Assembly: GCA_905331295.1 (NCBI GenBank)
Contig: CAJNYD010000596.1
Coordinates: forward strand, 67,345-131,344
From: Rotaria socialis
Taxonomy: Eukaryota
Direction: 5' to 3'
DNA: 64,000 bases
This document shows, piece after piece, positions 11,494-23,383 of this stretch. The stretch's first letter is position 1. The number at the start of each line of letters is the position of its first letter. A program made the translations under genes and the position numbers. A model generated the notes under the pieces. The model made no database searches. It was not told the DNA's origin and saw only the letters and a list, made by a program, of their open reading frames with translations.

Positions 11494-11911
11494 TTGATCA
11501 TAGACATTTTGTTTTTGAAAATTAAGCCTGCAACCGTTTCAGTCATTTTCTTGACTTTTTCTTTCGAAAAATTGATGAGTGAGATTCTAACAATCAGTGT
11601 AGTGAGCGTTGTTTGATTGGAAACTATGATCACTCGATCGCCTAAAAGTGTATCCACGAATCAAGTTTTACATCTTGAGTTTTTTATTGTTTTAGAGCAA
11701 TAAAATTTCTATCTCTCTCTCTCTCTCAAAATGGGCAATTAATCATTTACGATTAAGTCATAAAATAAGAGAATCGTTTTTCTAAAGTTGCTTTTGTTTT
11801 CTGCACAAATTAATCATTTACGATTGACTGATATCATCAAATAGAATAAGTGTTTCTCGACGTCAAACAAATTCGAATTATCACACCAGTAAAAATCACT
11901 GCAGATATGTA

Positions 11912-12326
11912 CTTAGGTCAGTCCAGAAGTAGTTGCATAGGTATGATAATCCTTCAAAGGAGGGTTCGATCATTTTTTCCTATACAGTCTGATAGACAAA
12001 AGAAAGCTCTATTTTTCTATGCTATTTGATCTTATTCAGACTAATCCTATGATAATACAATTTCGATAAGACTTGTTTTTGTCGGACGTGCGCTAGTCGC
12101 ACTATATCATATTCTGTGTTTCATACTCGTAATATTCTTGCCGTTCTTGAGGGTGTACGTATGTTGTTGCTATGTACTGTTCTACACTCACATCCACACC
12201 CACACCCACACCCTGGTAGTTATTTTCGAAAGTAGAAAACCAGTATTACTGGTCACCAGTATTTACTGGACCAGTAGACCAGTATAGTACTGGTACTGAT
12301 GCATCCCTATTCTGAGCTGACCTAAG
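11912..12326. mobile_element. TA-flanked (Tc1/mariner-like) non-autonomous element containing nested fragments
   Basis: TIR cttaggtcagtccagaa / ttctgagctgacctaag with TA on both sides. Contains a telomere-like element (12146-12213) and a truncated TAGGGATGC-type end with ACCAGT repeats (12238-12309). Confidence 0.6.
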
Positions 12327-12746
12327 TATATTTACTTAATTATTCATAAATGCAGTAGTAGTAATAAACGTACTTCTGAAAGATCGAAAAAGATAGAATA
12401 TCCGTTGGAGTCACGTTCTTAGTGCGTATCAGCTCATGCTTGAAAGAGTTTGAAGCTATACCTACACTTTTGGATTGTTATTCACCTATAAAAAAATACT
12501 GTAAAATCACATTTGTGGGTGTGGGCATTTTGTTGCTATGTATTGTTCTACACCCACATCCTCAATTTTATGGCTATAGAAAATTTAAAAAGCTTGGATT
12601 AATATCGGCTAATTCTTATTACTGTCCTAGAAAGGATGAAGTAATAAAATGATGTAAAAACGTTTTATCATCTTAGATTCTACTATTAAAAGCGTTTTCT
12701 GTCGTTTCATTAATACTACAATATATCTACGCAAAAAGAAATACCT

Positions 12747-13730
12747 ATGAATTTCAACAGCCCGAATAGAGGCGCGAACGCTGACCAACCTTCTTATCCA
12801 ACATCGAAGACATCTTCAACAGAAACAAATAATTCTAAGATGAGAGCAGTAGTATTGTCCGTTGCCTCAATGACAGTTGGAGTTGGGACATTAATTGTGA
12901 TGCTTACTCTAATTGCTGTGATACCATTAAGTCAATTGATTGTCGGCGGGTATCATAAGAACCAATGTCCTATGAATCCCATGATTGATAAATACCTGAT
13001 TGTTGCGGGTGCCGCTGGAATTACAACTATGGTACTTGGAATTCTAGCGGTAAAGTAATCTCTTCATCAAGTTTATAGAATTTCGCGATAGATAATATCT
13101 TAAAAATCAGTCGTTTTGATGAAATGCATCTAGTGATTAACTATCCTGGGCTCAATAAATATTGATCACAATACAAAATGCGATGATATTACCACGCCCT
13201 AGATATTTCCGAGCAGCTCATTTTGATATGAAAAATATAAATGTTGTTAAACAAAAAAATCAGTATATTCTCAAAAGAAACGCAGATATTAAATAGCTTC
13301 TTTGTGAGCATATTTATAACCACCATATATAATACAATTTCTTTTAGAGCAACATCATTTGAATTCTATTAGCTTGTGATATTCTGAAATTTTCTATTCT
13401 TTTCAGAAAACTACTGGAAATGCAGGAGTATATTATGTTTCTGTATTGCTTTTATTGGGTTTATTTAATTTCGCCTGGTTCATTGCTGTAAGTAAACTAG
13501 TAGATAATTGAAATCAATTCTCTTACACACTTTTCTTGTATTAGGGCAACGTGTGGGTGTTTAAAGCAAAATCTAAAGTTCAATTCGATCATCCTGAGGA
13601 CCCTAGTACTTATTGCTTTCACGCTGTCTTTAATTGTGCATATGGAAACATTATCGTTACCTATTGTATCGTGGGTTTTCGATGCTGTTTTAGTTGTTTT
13701 CGTGCAACTGCGCGTGCATTCAATATATAA
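12747..13730 (+). CDS. TMEM272-like four-TM membrane protein, 3 exons (12747-13049, 13407-13487, 13545-13730), 189 aa
   Basis: Phase-0 GT-AG introns. Motifs IVGGYHKNQCPMNPMIDKYLIVAG, LFNFAWFIAGNVWVF and YCFHAVFNCAY are typical of this family. Confidence 0.8.
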
Positions 13731-14941
13731 ATATTATTATTATTTGATTTTTTAGTAACCATGTTACTCTGATCTATTTGATCAAGAAATGAATTCACGT
13801 ATATTCATGTAATTAATCAGAAAACAAATTCAGTCATAAACTAAATTACTTTTCGCTTAACATATTCTTCTTTTTAACGCAGCATTATTGTATTTATTGC
13901 TTAAACATGATGACATATTATAATTTGCTGTCTTTCTTGCTTCACACATCTTTTGTATTTCTGTGTATCATTGTATTAATGAGTCTACTAACAAAACATC
14001 TATATTTTATTAAAAGAATTCGAAGAGAGATATGTCGATCATGATCATTTTTTAAATTACATTTCGATCTAACGTGAGTAAGTATTAAAGTTAGTCAAGC
14101 AATAGGTGAATGACTTGATGATTATTGTTGTTAACAGTGCGAATTCTAATAAACATACGAGTTAGGCAATTACTAAACGGGTGATTTTCTTTTCGTAATT
14201 ATTCGAGCAATACTCTCGCATATTCATGATTCACTTCATCGACGACTGTTTGATGATTTAGATGGAGATCAATAATGAATCTAGTTTTTCTCTCGACATT
14301 CATTTACAATAGTTAATTGCAATAGATTTATAGCTCTTGTTCATTTTCTTGCTTCTTTCTCAAACAAATTTATATCTGTTTCAGTTCGTAATTTTTATTG
14401 TATCAGCTAACAGTCGTTTTAAAGTAGAATCATAACAATAATCTGTGAAACATTTTCGACTGAAATAGAAATAATTAACATGAAAAATTATTATTTTATT
14501 TTATAAATTTTATTATTTATTATTATTTGATGTTAAAATCAAGTGACATTTTTTAGAATTAGTTTCGATCACACCGATGAACCTTTTGAGAAAATTCTAG
14601 TCAACACTATTGTTGTCAATCTTGCTAATAGTCCATTAATCAAGGTGCAGGCGAATATAAAATCATCAAATTAGTAGAGACCATAGTATCGTTGAATCAA
14701 CTGGCTTGTTTGACTTTTATAAATTGACTCGAGATAATGTATGGAATTGAACAGAATTCATTTATACGACAATTGATTCCATAAACTAAATTGGTAGCTA
14801 AATGATTAGTGACCGAAAACGTTTTCAGTTCAATCGAAGTCAGTATTTCATAGTAAATGTTTGTGCTTATATTATATATGATCATAGTAACAAGAAGTTA
14901 CGTTCGTTTTGTTATTTAATATATGAAATAATAGCGATTTC

Positions 14942-17426
14942 TTAGCTTTTAGTTGGATACGAAGAGTTCATGTTGATGACACGCTTGACAAATGTTAAGT
15001 CGTCATGAGATAACTCATTGACTAGATTTCGAATATCAAGTATATCATGAATATTTGCATAAGATTGTGGTCGTTGTTTAGGTTCTCTGCTCAATCTAGT
15101 GAAAATTGAACGTTGTCATCATTATAATGCAAACTCAAATAGCGTTATACTCACAAGGATGAAATTAACTTTCTCATAGGAGGCAACCGAATTGTCTCTG
15201 GTACTTCGGGCTCCCATAATTGGATTGCAGAAAACTGTTCATATTCTGTCGACCCTAGACATGGATGTTTCCCGTCGGCAACTTCAACTAAAGTAATACC
15301 CATGGCCCACATATCAGCCTGAATCGTACGCGGTTTCGGTGGAATATCCACCAGTTCTGGTGAATAATAAGCGGCAGTACTGACAACTGGAGCCTTCGCT
15401 GTACCATTTTCATCAATTTCACAACACGTTCCAAGATCGCTGAGTTTAATTACTGCATGATTATTGATGAGCACATTGCATGGCTTGACATCTCCATGAA
15501 GATATCCTAGTTTTGTCAAGAAATCAAGTGCTGAAGAAATCTGTAAAACGAAATATAAATAATTATGAATTAATGAAAATTCTTCTTACGGCATGTAGCA
15601 AATGGCATAGAAAACGGTCTATAGTGTCGCGAGAAATTTCTTCCATTTGATGGAAACATTCGTAGAATTTTTTGATTGTTGTATTCATTAGCTCCATGAA
15701 AATACACAATTCATTATCTTCCTTGAAAAAGAAATATTATCATACAAAAAACACGATCAATTCTCACTTACGTTACAAATCATATCACCATAGTAGTCGA
15801 TGATGTGTGCACAAGCATTGACGCGTATTTTTCGTGTCATGTTCAGTTCATTTAGCCGTACAGAAACTATTTCGGGGTCTTCCGTACGTGCAGCACGCTA
15901 AAAAAATACAAATGTTATCGAGTCTGGTATAGATATTTAATTAAACAGGAATATGCAGGATAGACACTGTTTCTACGTCAAAAAGAACAGATTTTTCTGT
16001 TTCTCATCGGACGAGCCATTTTCGAAGTAGAATAAAGTGAATTTAAAGTGGCTTTAAAATATTAATACAAAGTACTCAAAACATTCAATATCAATTGAAT
16101 CATTACAATAGTTTTTTTTTCAATTAGCGTACTTTGACTGCTATTTCTACATCAGGATGTGTCTTGATTTTGACGCTGTGTACCGAACCATAGCATCCAG
16201 AACCAAGATATTTAATAGGTTCTAAATTTTTCGTTGAGACTGTAATGCTTTTACCATAGACATCGATTTCGGTTGATGCTACTGGCGCTTCAGCACGGCT
16301 AAACATTAGAAAAAAAAAACTTAACCTTAACGATTGAGACGTTCACTTACGTCTCTCGGGGTGACATTTGTAGCTCGATTTCGTTGAAGAATATTGGCGA
16401 GACTGAAAAAAATAATAAAAATTTGGGATTTAATATTAAACGACGTATTTTATGACTGATATCCTTGATAAGTGCATTAATTCGGTGATTAACTGCGAAT
16501 TAGAGTTCTCATGACAATAATTTTAATATTTCAGAAACAGAAATAATAATAGTCACCATTCGTTTTATTTAATTCATTAGATTGAATCTTTGAAATACTC
16601 GATTATGATTTAGTTGAGAATCAATTCAAACGAAAAGATTTTGAGGCTTTAAAACGAAATCTTTTATTTATTCGAATAAATCGACCAATGATAAGAGATC
16701 TGCTCTGCAATAAGAATATTCTATATAGCAGAATTTGAAATAGAATTCAGTCTTTCTCTAGTAATGATAACTTGACTGACAGATGTTTCGACAAACTGAT
16801 ACGGTTATAATCATGTATTTTTCTTAACGAACAAAACATAGGTACAGACTAGCGATATTTTTCTATTACATAATTGGTAGAAATATGTTCTTTAGCTATA
16901 TGATTTTGTAAACAAATGTTCAGCAGATGATTCTTACCTCTATTCTTTTTGGCACGTTGTGGCCACTTAGAAACACTAGGGGTACTTGAGTTAACTGCAC
17001 TAACCATGCTCGAATGATCTTGAACTAATGAATATGAAACGAATCAGTTATATAAATTATAATGTTTCTAAAAGACTTTTGCAAACTCACCAGATTCAGT
17101 CGGTTGCTCACCCTGTTTATCATCAAGCGGTGGTAAATCATCGAGTAGAGAAAGTTGTCTATAATCATGTCCAACATGATTAACTGATGAAGTTGCAGGT
17201 TGTGCCGTGTCAACTAAAGCTAATAATATAGACAAGAAAATCGTTTTATAAGATGACCTTGATACAAGAAAGTTTGTTAAAACTTACATAGACAGGCTGC
17301 TTCCGAACAGTGTTTTTCGCCATCAATTGCTTTTGTATCTTGAACGCATACACTAATATTTGCATCGTTAATAGATTCCGGAGTATCCTCTTCGGCAGAA
17401 CATAGTTCGTCTTTGGTATGCTCCAT
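14942..17426 (-). CDS. Divergent MAP2K (STE7)-like protein kinase, 9 exons, intact
   Basis: Spliced frame runs from ATG 17426 to TAA 14942. Motifs: LGSGCYGSV, IAVK, alphaC Glu (RLNELN), CAHIIDYYG, LCIFMELM, HGDVKPCNVL, DLG, YYSPE, ADMWAMGITLVEVADGKHP. Basic D-site-like KKNRVSPIFF lies upstream of the kinase domain. Confidence 0.85.
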
Positions 17427-18400
17427 GTTAATTGTCGTTTTGTAAGTCAAATATTAATCTGAAAATGACAAATTTATTTAACTATCAAAATAGTGCCGAA
17501 ATTCAATAGTTCTAACTTCATTTATATTTAAGAGACTATGTTTGATATATATGTAAAAGGAAATAATCTCAATGACAAACGAATTACTACTCATCTATAT
17601 GTTAAACGTCGAATTATCTCATTGATATTACGAACTCGATTTCAATCCTAATATCGACCATGTTCTCTCTTGAAGAGTAAATAGCAATGAATCTTTTACC
17701 TCTGTCTGGCTGAAACAATGTTAACTAGCAAGCCTTTATATTGTGTCTAACGACAACTATTCATTTAATAAGCGATACGACGAGAGATATCATCATAACA
17801 ACAACATAGTCACGTTCTTTTTTCTTCGACACTGCCGAGACAATAAAAACACAAAGCTAGAGAAAAATAACGATGAATTATTCAACAACCAGAGAAAGTA
17901 GAAGTTAGAATCAAATGAAAATAATAAAAAATGTTACTGACACACTCACGCACGACAACTAAAACGTGTTGGATTTTTCCTTAGTTTTAATCGTTCCGCG
18001 AAATTTGCGATTTGCATTTGAATAAATGATTCATTACATGCGTCTGACATGAAGAAAAATAAACACAAGGTGTGTGTGATGAAACTCAAAACCAGTTACT
18101 TTTTACCTGGTATAGTAGACTCTATGCGCTTTCTTTTTTCTTTCCTTTTCGACATCGAGCAGCAGAATAGAAGGAAACCTTTCGGGATTATACTTTCATT
18201 GGATGCTTTTACATCGATGAGTAAAATCAAGTTTTTCTTTTTTAAATGTCTTAATGGAGATGAAGCGTCGTCCTATTCTTCTGTGATGGTAATATAACTA
18301 CCATAGAAACGTTTAGTACAGTACGAGCATGACCTTTTAGCACATGTATTGTTTCTCACACCTACTTTTCACGGTAAAGTCCAGCTCCACCGAATATTAT

Positions 18401-18671
18401 TTTCGGCGACTCCAACTTCGCCGAATAAAAATCTTGACCGGAAAATATCGAATTAAATTTGATCCATTCTAGATATAGAATTTTATCCTAACTAACTACT
18501 TTAATAATGACTTGATTAATTAACCCCATCTGACTTAGTAACCAACTGATTTAGTAACTCACACACCCTCAAGATAGTTAGGATAAAATTCTATATCTAG
18601 AATGAATCAAATTTAATTCGATATTTTTCGGTCAAGATTTTTATTCGGCGAAGTTGGAGTCGGCGAAACTG
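18401..18671. mobile_element. Palindromic MITE with ~95-bp TIRs (CAGT end next to TA, Tc1/mariner-like)
   Basis: 18401-18495 versus 18574-18668 are reverse complements with about three mismatches. The centre contains a cacacaccctcaag end. Confidence 0.85.
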
Positions 18672-19296
18672 TACTGATTTATTCTTGTTACTGATTTCAT
18701 TGAGCCAATAGGGAATTCCCTAGAACCAATCAGCTATCGATTTTGAATTACTTATAGAGTAAATCTTAAATAGTCGTATTAGTAAAAGTTACTCAAATTT
18801 AGAGGAATAAAATAGGAAATATTCTCTACCTAATGAATTAGACCTGTAATCTATTCTCGTCACAGTAAAATAAATAATTTTAGCGTATTGGTGAGACATA
18901 ACTCAAGATAATTTTCTTATGTGCCTATAATCTTAGTAAGATCTATAGCAAATGTTTTACTCTTCTCATCGCGATGGTGCTCACATCAACATCTTCAATA
19001 TGAAACAACTCCATGCATTTTCTCTGACAGATCAATCGAAATTATTTGTTTTCTAGGAATTAGTCTAACTTTATCGAATTTTATTTTCGTCGGATAAAAT
19101 TCTCGAGCTACATATTAATGTACACATCAAATGATTTAGTCTATATAATTGTCGATACTTTCAAAAGCACTACAAATAAATAGATTTCTTTCTATGAAAA
19201 TGGAATAAAATGATGAATAAGAACTCTTATTATATAAATCTGTTTAGCACAAGACTGGCGTGTAGTAGAATCAAAACTTAAATGTCATGCTTCGTA

Positions 19297-19386
19297 CAGT
19301 GGTGTCCAACTTGAAACTTGAATTCAGTTTAAAAGTTGAAAATTTCAATTTTCAATTGAATTCAAGTTTCAAGTTGGACATATATG
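19297..19386. mobile_element. hAT-like MITE, 90 bp (CAGTGGTGTC/AACTTGA family)
   Basis: tgtccaacttgaaacttgaattca / tgaattcaagtttcaagttggaca. Degenerate 8-bp TSD gcttcgta / actttgta. Confidence 0.75.
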
Positions 19387-22002
19387 ACTTTGTAGTAATG
19401 TGATAGATAAAACACGTATGGGTTTTCATACTTGACCATTAGCAAAAGAGCATTTTCGTGTATTCAACCGGTAAAAAATTGAAAGGATGAGCTATGATGT
19501 CGCTCTTATTTATATATGTGCACAGGATTTTTTTCTCAATATATTTTGAAATTCTCCATCTTGTTCTGTTCGTCTTTCTGTTTTGTGCTCTATTATTTTT
19601 TTTTACTCTCTATTCGTGTAATATTATGGTATATGAAAATAGCGTCTAATAAAAATAAAATTTCAAGTGAAATGAGATCTCTCACGCGATGATGAAGGAT
19701 ATTTGTTGAAAATTTTATTATTTGTCTTGACTTTAATTTATTTGATATTTCTACTTGAACAAATAACAGCTTTGCTGTTAATCGATGAAGATCGCCTGGT
19801 CGTATTCATTTTTACACATCAATTTTTACTAGTATTGAGATAGAAATTGAAAGAAATGAAAAACAAGATAATTCTGCAGGTATACACTGTCAATCTCTAT
19901 ATTGAATATGGATCCTAATTTGAATTAACGAACATTTTAAGTGGAAAAAATAAGTTTTCTAATATTTTACAATAAATATAAATTGAATAATAATCATTTC
20001 GATTGGTTTTCAAATGGAAGTTAGCACCACTCCTATTCATCATTCTTTAAAAAATATACGTTTTTTCATCGTAACTTTGAAAAACTACTAAACAAATTCA
20101 GTTGGAAGTATTTATTAAATAAGCATATAATACAATCTTAACATTATGAGAAAATAAAAACGAGTTGCAACTTATTTCAAATAAGAAAATTATTTCATTC
20201 TTTATTGTTATTTAATATAAATTCTATAAAGCCAATGAATATGCTATGCATTGCCGAAATTACATATTTACGAAAGTCCGAATAGGAATTTTCTGTGATA
20301 ATTTAATAGTAAACAAATCAATAATTCATTGACTTAAAATTAATTTTAAACACAGAAAGTGATATCCAATCATCGCCTGTGCTACAAATACTTTGCTTAT
20401 CTGTGGATGCCATCTAATATTATTCAAAATGAGTAATAAAAACAAGCAATGACATGTTACAGAACACAGAACGCTTTTTTTTCTATTTGCTGTTTTTGTA
20501 AATAACAAGGATGACTTATTAACTTAACACCCATTTTGGTTGAGTATGATTCTCTCAATAAAACATGATTCATATGTGTATTTAACTATTTTTCCTAGTC
20601 GAACGGCTGAAAATATAAACTAGTTTACTTGGAAGATTATTGATTTGCAGAATGAATTGGTAGACTTGCGAATGTACAAGTGTAATCTGATGAAAGAATA
20701 ACCAAGCCTTTTAACAATAATTTTCGCTTGGAATGCATTTTATCGGTGGCATATTGATGTTCAATACGGTGAAGAGAGCGAATTTCTAAATAGAAAGATT
20801 TTAAATACTAGTAAATAGAAGTAACCAGAGCGATTGCTAAATGTCAAATGTTGCTATCATCAATTGCAGGGCTAGATCTAAATCTTCTTTTTACGATCAG
20901 CGATATTCACGTGCGTCGTTAAGAAATCAAGAAAAAAATCCAATGTGTATTCTATTATTAGTTATTTCACAACTGTCTATTAAAATATAGAGATAACAGA
21001 TGATATCATACTCATGTTTGTAGATAATTTCAAAAAAAAGTAAACAGAAACGAGACATTAATCATGCATACTATGGCGGTACTTATATTTCGGTACGGAG
21101 GGGAAGAGCGGGGGATGCGTCCAAATTTCTACCCTATATACTTCAACACTCCTTTCAGATCGTGTTTCACAAAATATATAGTTAATGAATATATTTTGTT
21201 TTTGAGACACATTTCAAATAGCATAGAAATCAAACAAGTGTATATGAAACTGTAACATCTATCAATGAATCTATACTTTTGATAAAATTGCATTAAATTC
21301 GCGTTTTGACTTCAATGGAAGGAGAGAGGCACTTTTGCTGAAATAATTCTTTCTCCTAAATGAGATAAAGCTATCGTTACTTTATCAAATGACTTGTTAC
21401 TATCAAAAAATACTTTATTCTAATTTCTCAATACATGATGAGTAGTGCATCATGAAACTATCAGCTTTTTTTAAAGTTCCATCAAACTTTATTTTAACTC
21501 AAGAGATTTACATTTATGAGTCGCTATATGTTTGTTCGATCTGGCTTTGATACAGATAGGCTAAATTATATTTTCATTGAGAATGTTGTGGTTCTTCAGT
21601 ATCGAACAAAGAATCACTTTTAGTTTATCACTGATCGACTCGCAGCACAACAAGACCTGATTTATTTAGAAGTAGAAAAATATCTAAAAGAAATATTAAT
21701 TGGTTCACAGTTCCATTAATCAAAATTTCACGAATATATGAGTTACCACGTGAGTCTTTCAGAACAGATATCCTATTAGTTTTTTTTGAATAGGTTGCAT
21801 GCCAAAATAGTAGTAATGTCACACAAAGAAGTGTGAATCCCTGATATGAGTCTTTGTTTATTTCTACCACGAGAAGAACATACTGAGCTTTTAATATTTG
21901 AGAATCCTCTTCGTGGGATAATAAGCACGTTTATCTTCTCATAAGACTACACTATGATCAAAGATACAATTGTGTATTACATCTCGAAGGGCATATATAT
22001 AT

Positions 22003-22122
22003 CCCAGGTCGTGGACGTACGGCGGGAAACGGCCGGAAAGCACAGGAAAGCGCTGGAAAGTGGAAGCAGTATTCCAGTTGGAAGTTACCGGATTTTATTA
22101 CTGCAGATTCCGANATTCCTAG
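22003..22122. mobile_element. GC-rich MITE remnant (CCCAGGTCG end, CCGGAAA repeats)
   Basis: Abrupt GC-rich island with repeated ggaaa units after a TA run. Contains one N. Confidence 0.4.
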
Positions 22123-22420
22123 ATTTAGTTTTAGAGTAACTTTTTCTTTTCTCCATTTATATTCGAACTCGAATTAGACCGCTACTCTCGCTTCGATACT
22201 ATCATATTGAATATTCCGTATTATGTGTACTCAAGAAATCATATTCGTTCTGAATAATAATAAAAGTCAGTCGCTATTAACGTATTATCTTAAGGCAGGA
22301 AAATCGAAGGAACGATTTCAATATATTTCAAAAACAAAGAAACTAAAGCGTTGTTCGAAATTATTTCCTTTTAATTCTTTGGCAAACTTGAAATATTATT
22401 TATTTATTTTTCATGTTTAG

Positions 22421-22650
22421 CATTGTGCTCTTCGAACCTCGATGAATATTTATGCACTAGTGATGATAGTGATAGTCCCTGTATGCATTTCTGTCATCAT
22501 CAATTTTCTCGTATACAGCCATGTCCGATCTTCAACTCAACGTATTCTACCACAATCTATAACATCACAACTGCATAATGAAACTATTCAACAACCAAAA
22601 GTTAGTCGTCGTGATTTGCGCCTATTTTGGCAAATGCTCATCATTGTTCC
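22421..22650 (+). pseudogene. Fragment of a rhodopsin-like GPCR (TM5-ICL3-start of TM6)
   Basis: IYALVMIVIVPVCISVIINFLVYSHVRSSTQRILP...SRRDLRLFWQMLII follows an AG acceptor. The other TM helices are not recoverable. Confidence 0.55.
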
Positions 22651-23383
22651 GTCACTGACTATATCGATACGCTCACTTGCGGCTACACTTCGCTTATTCA
22701 CGGACATTATTGCTATAATTGTTCGTGATCGTGACCTATGTAGAAGATTCTACGTACGATTTATACTGTTGAAAACTATTTATTTTTTTTGAATGAATAT
22801 CAACATATTTGATAGTTATTAACAGTTGACACTTTTGTTCTCATAAGAAAAGCAGTTTTCTAATATTCTAGCAAATTATAATGTTCGCTAAAATTCATGC
22901 CAAACTTTGTGAATGTCTAAATAAGAAAGAAATATGTATACAGATACCAGTTTGCTTGAGATGATTTAATCGATAAGAGCCAGTGTTATGAAAAGATCAA
23001 CATATGGGTCGACAATTGACTTGAAATCGTATCGACTAAAATTAATGTCGATCCTATTGCAATAATCGCAACCTTATGATCCACATGACTCTTTCACGTA
23101 TGAATCCATCTTTGAAAACGCAAAATCATAAATTATTAAATCTTTTATTTTCATGATAGGAGAAGAAATGTCCAATTCAATATTGTCTTGAAAAGAAAAC
23201 AAAGTGTATCAATTCACTCTTTTATAGCTACTTCATATTCGAGTTCGCAACATTCACAGAATATTTTATGGTTGTGTTTCTAGATACAAAATAGTGATGC
23301 AACATATCTTCAGAGTCTTACATGATTTTTATTGGGCATAGATAATTTAATAAAGTGAGAGAAAAAAGAACATCGGCATACAT

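Noticed and set aside
11065..11657. Possible minus-strand gene split by the 130-bp MITE
   Set aside because: Removing the MITE does not restore a long frame or a recognisable domain.
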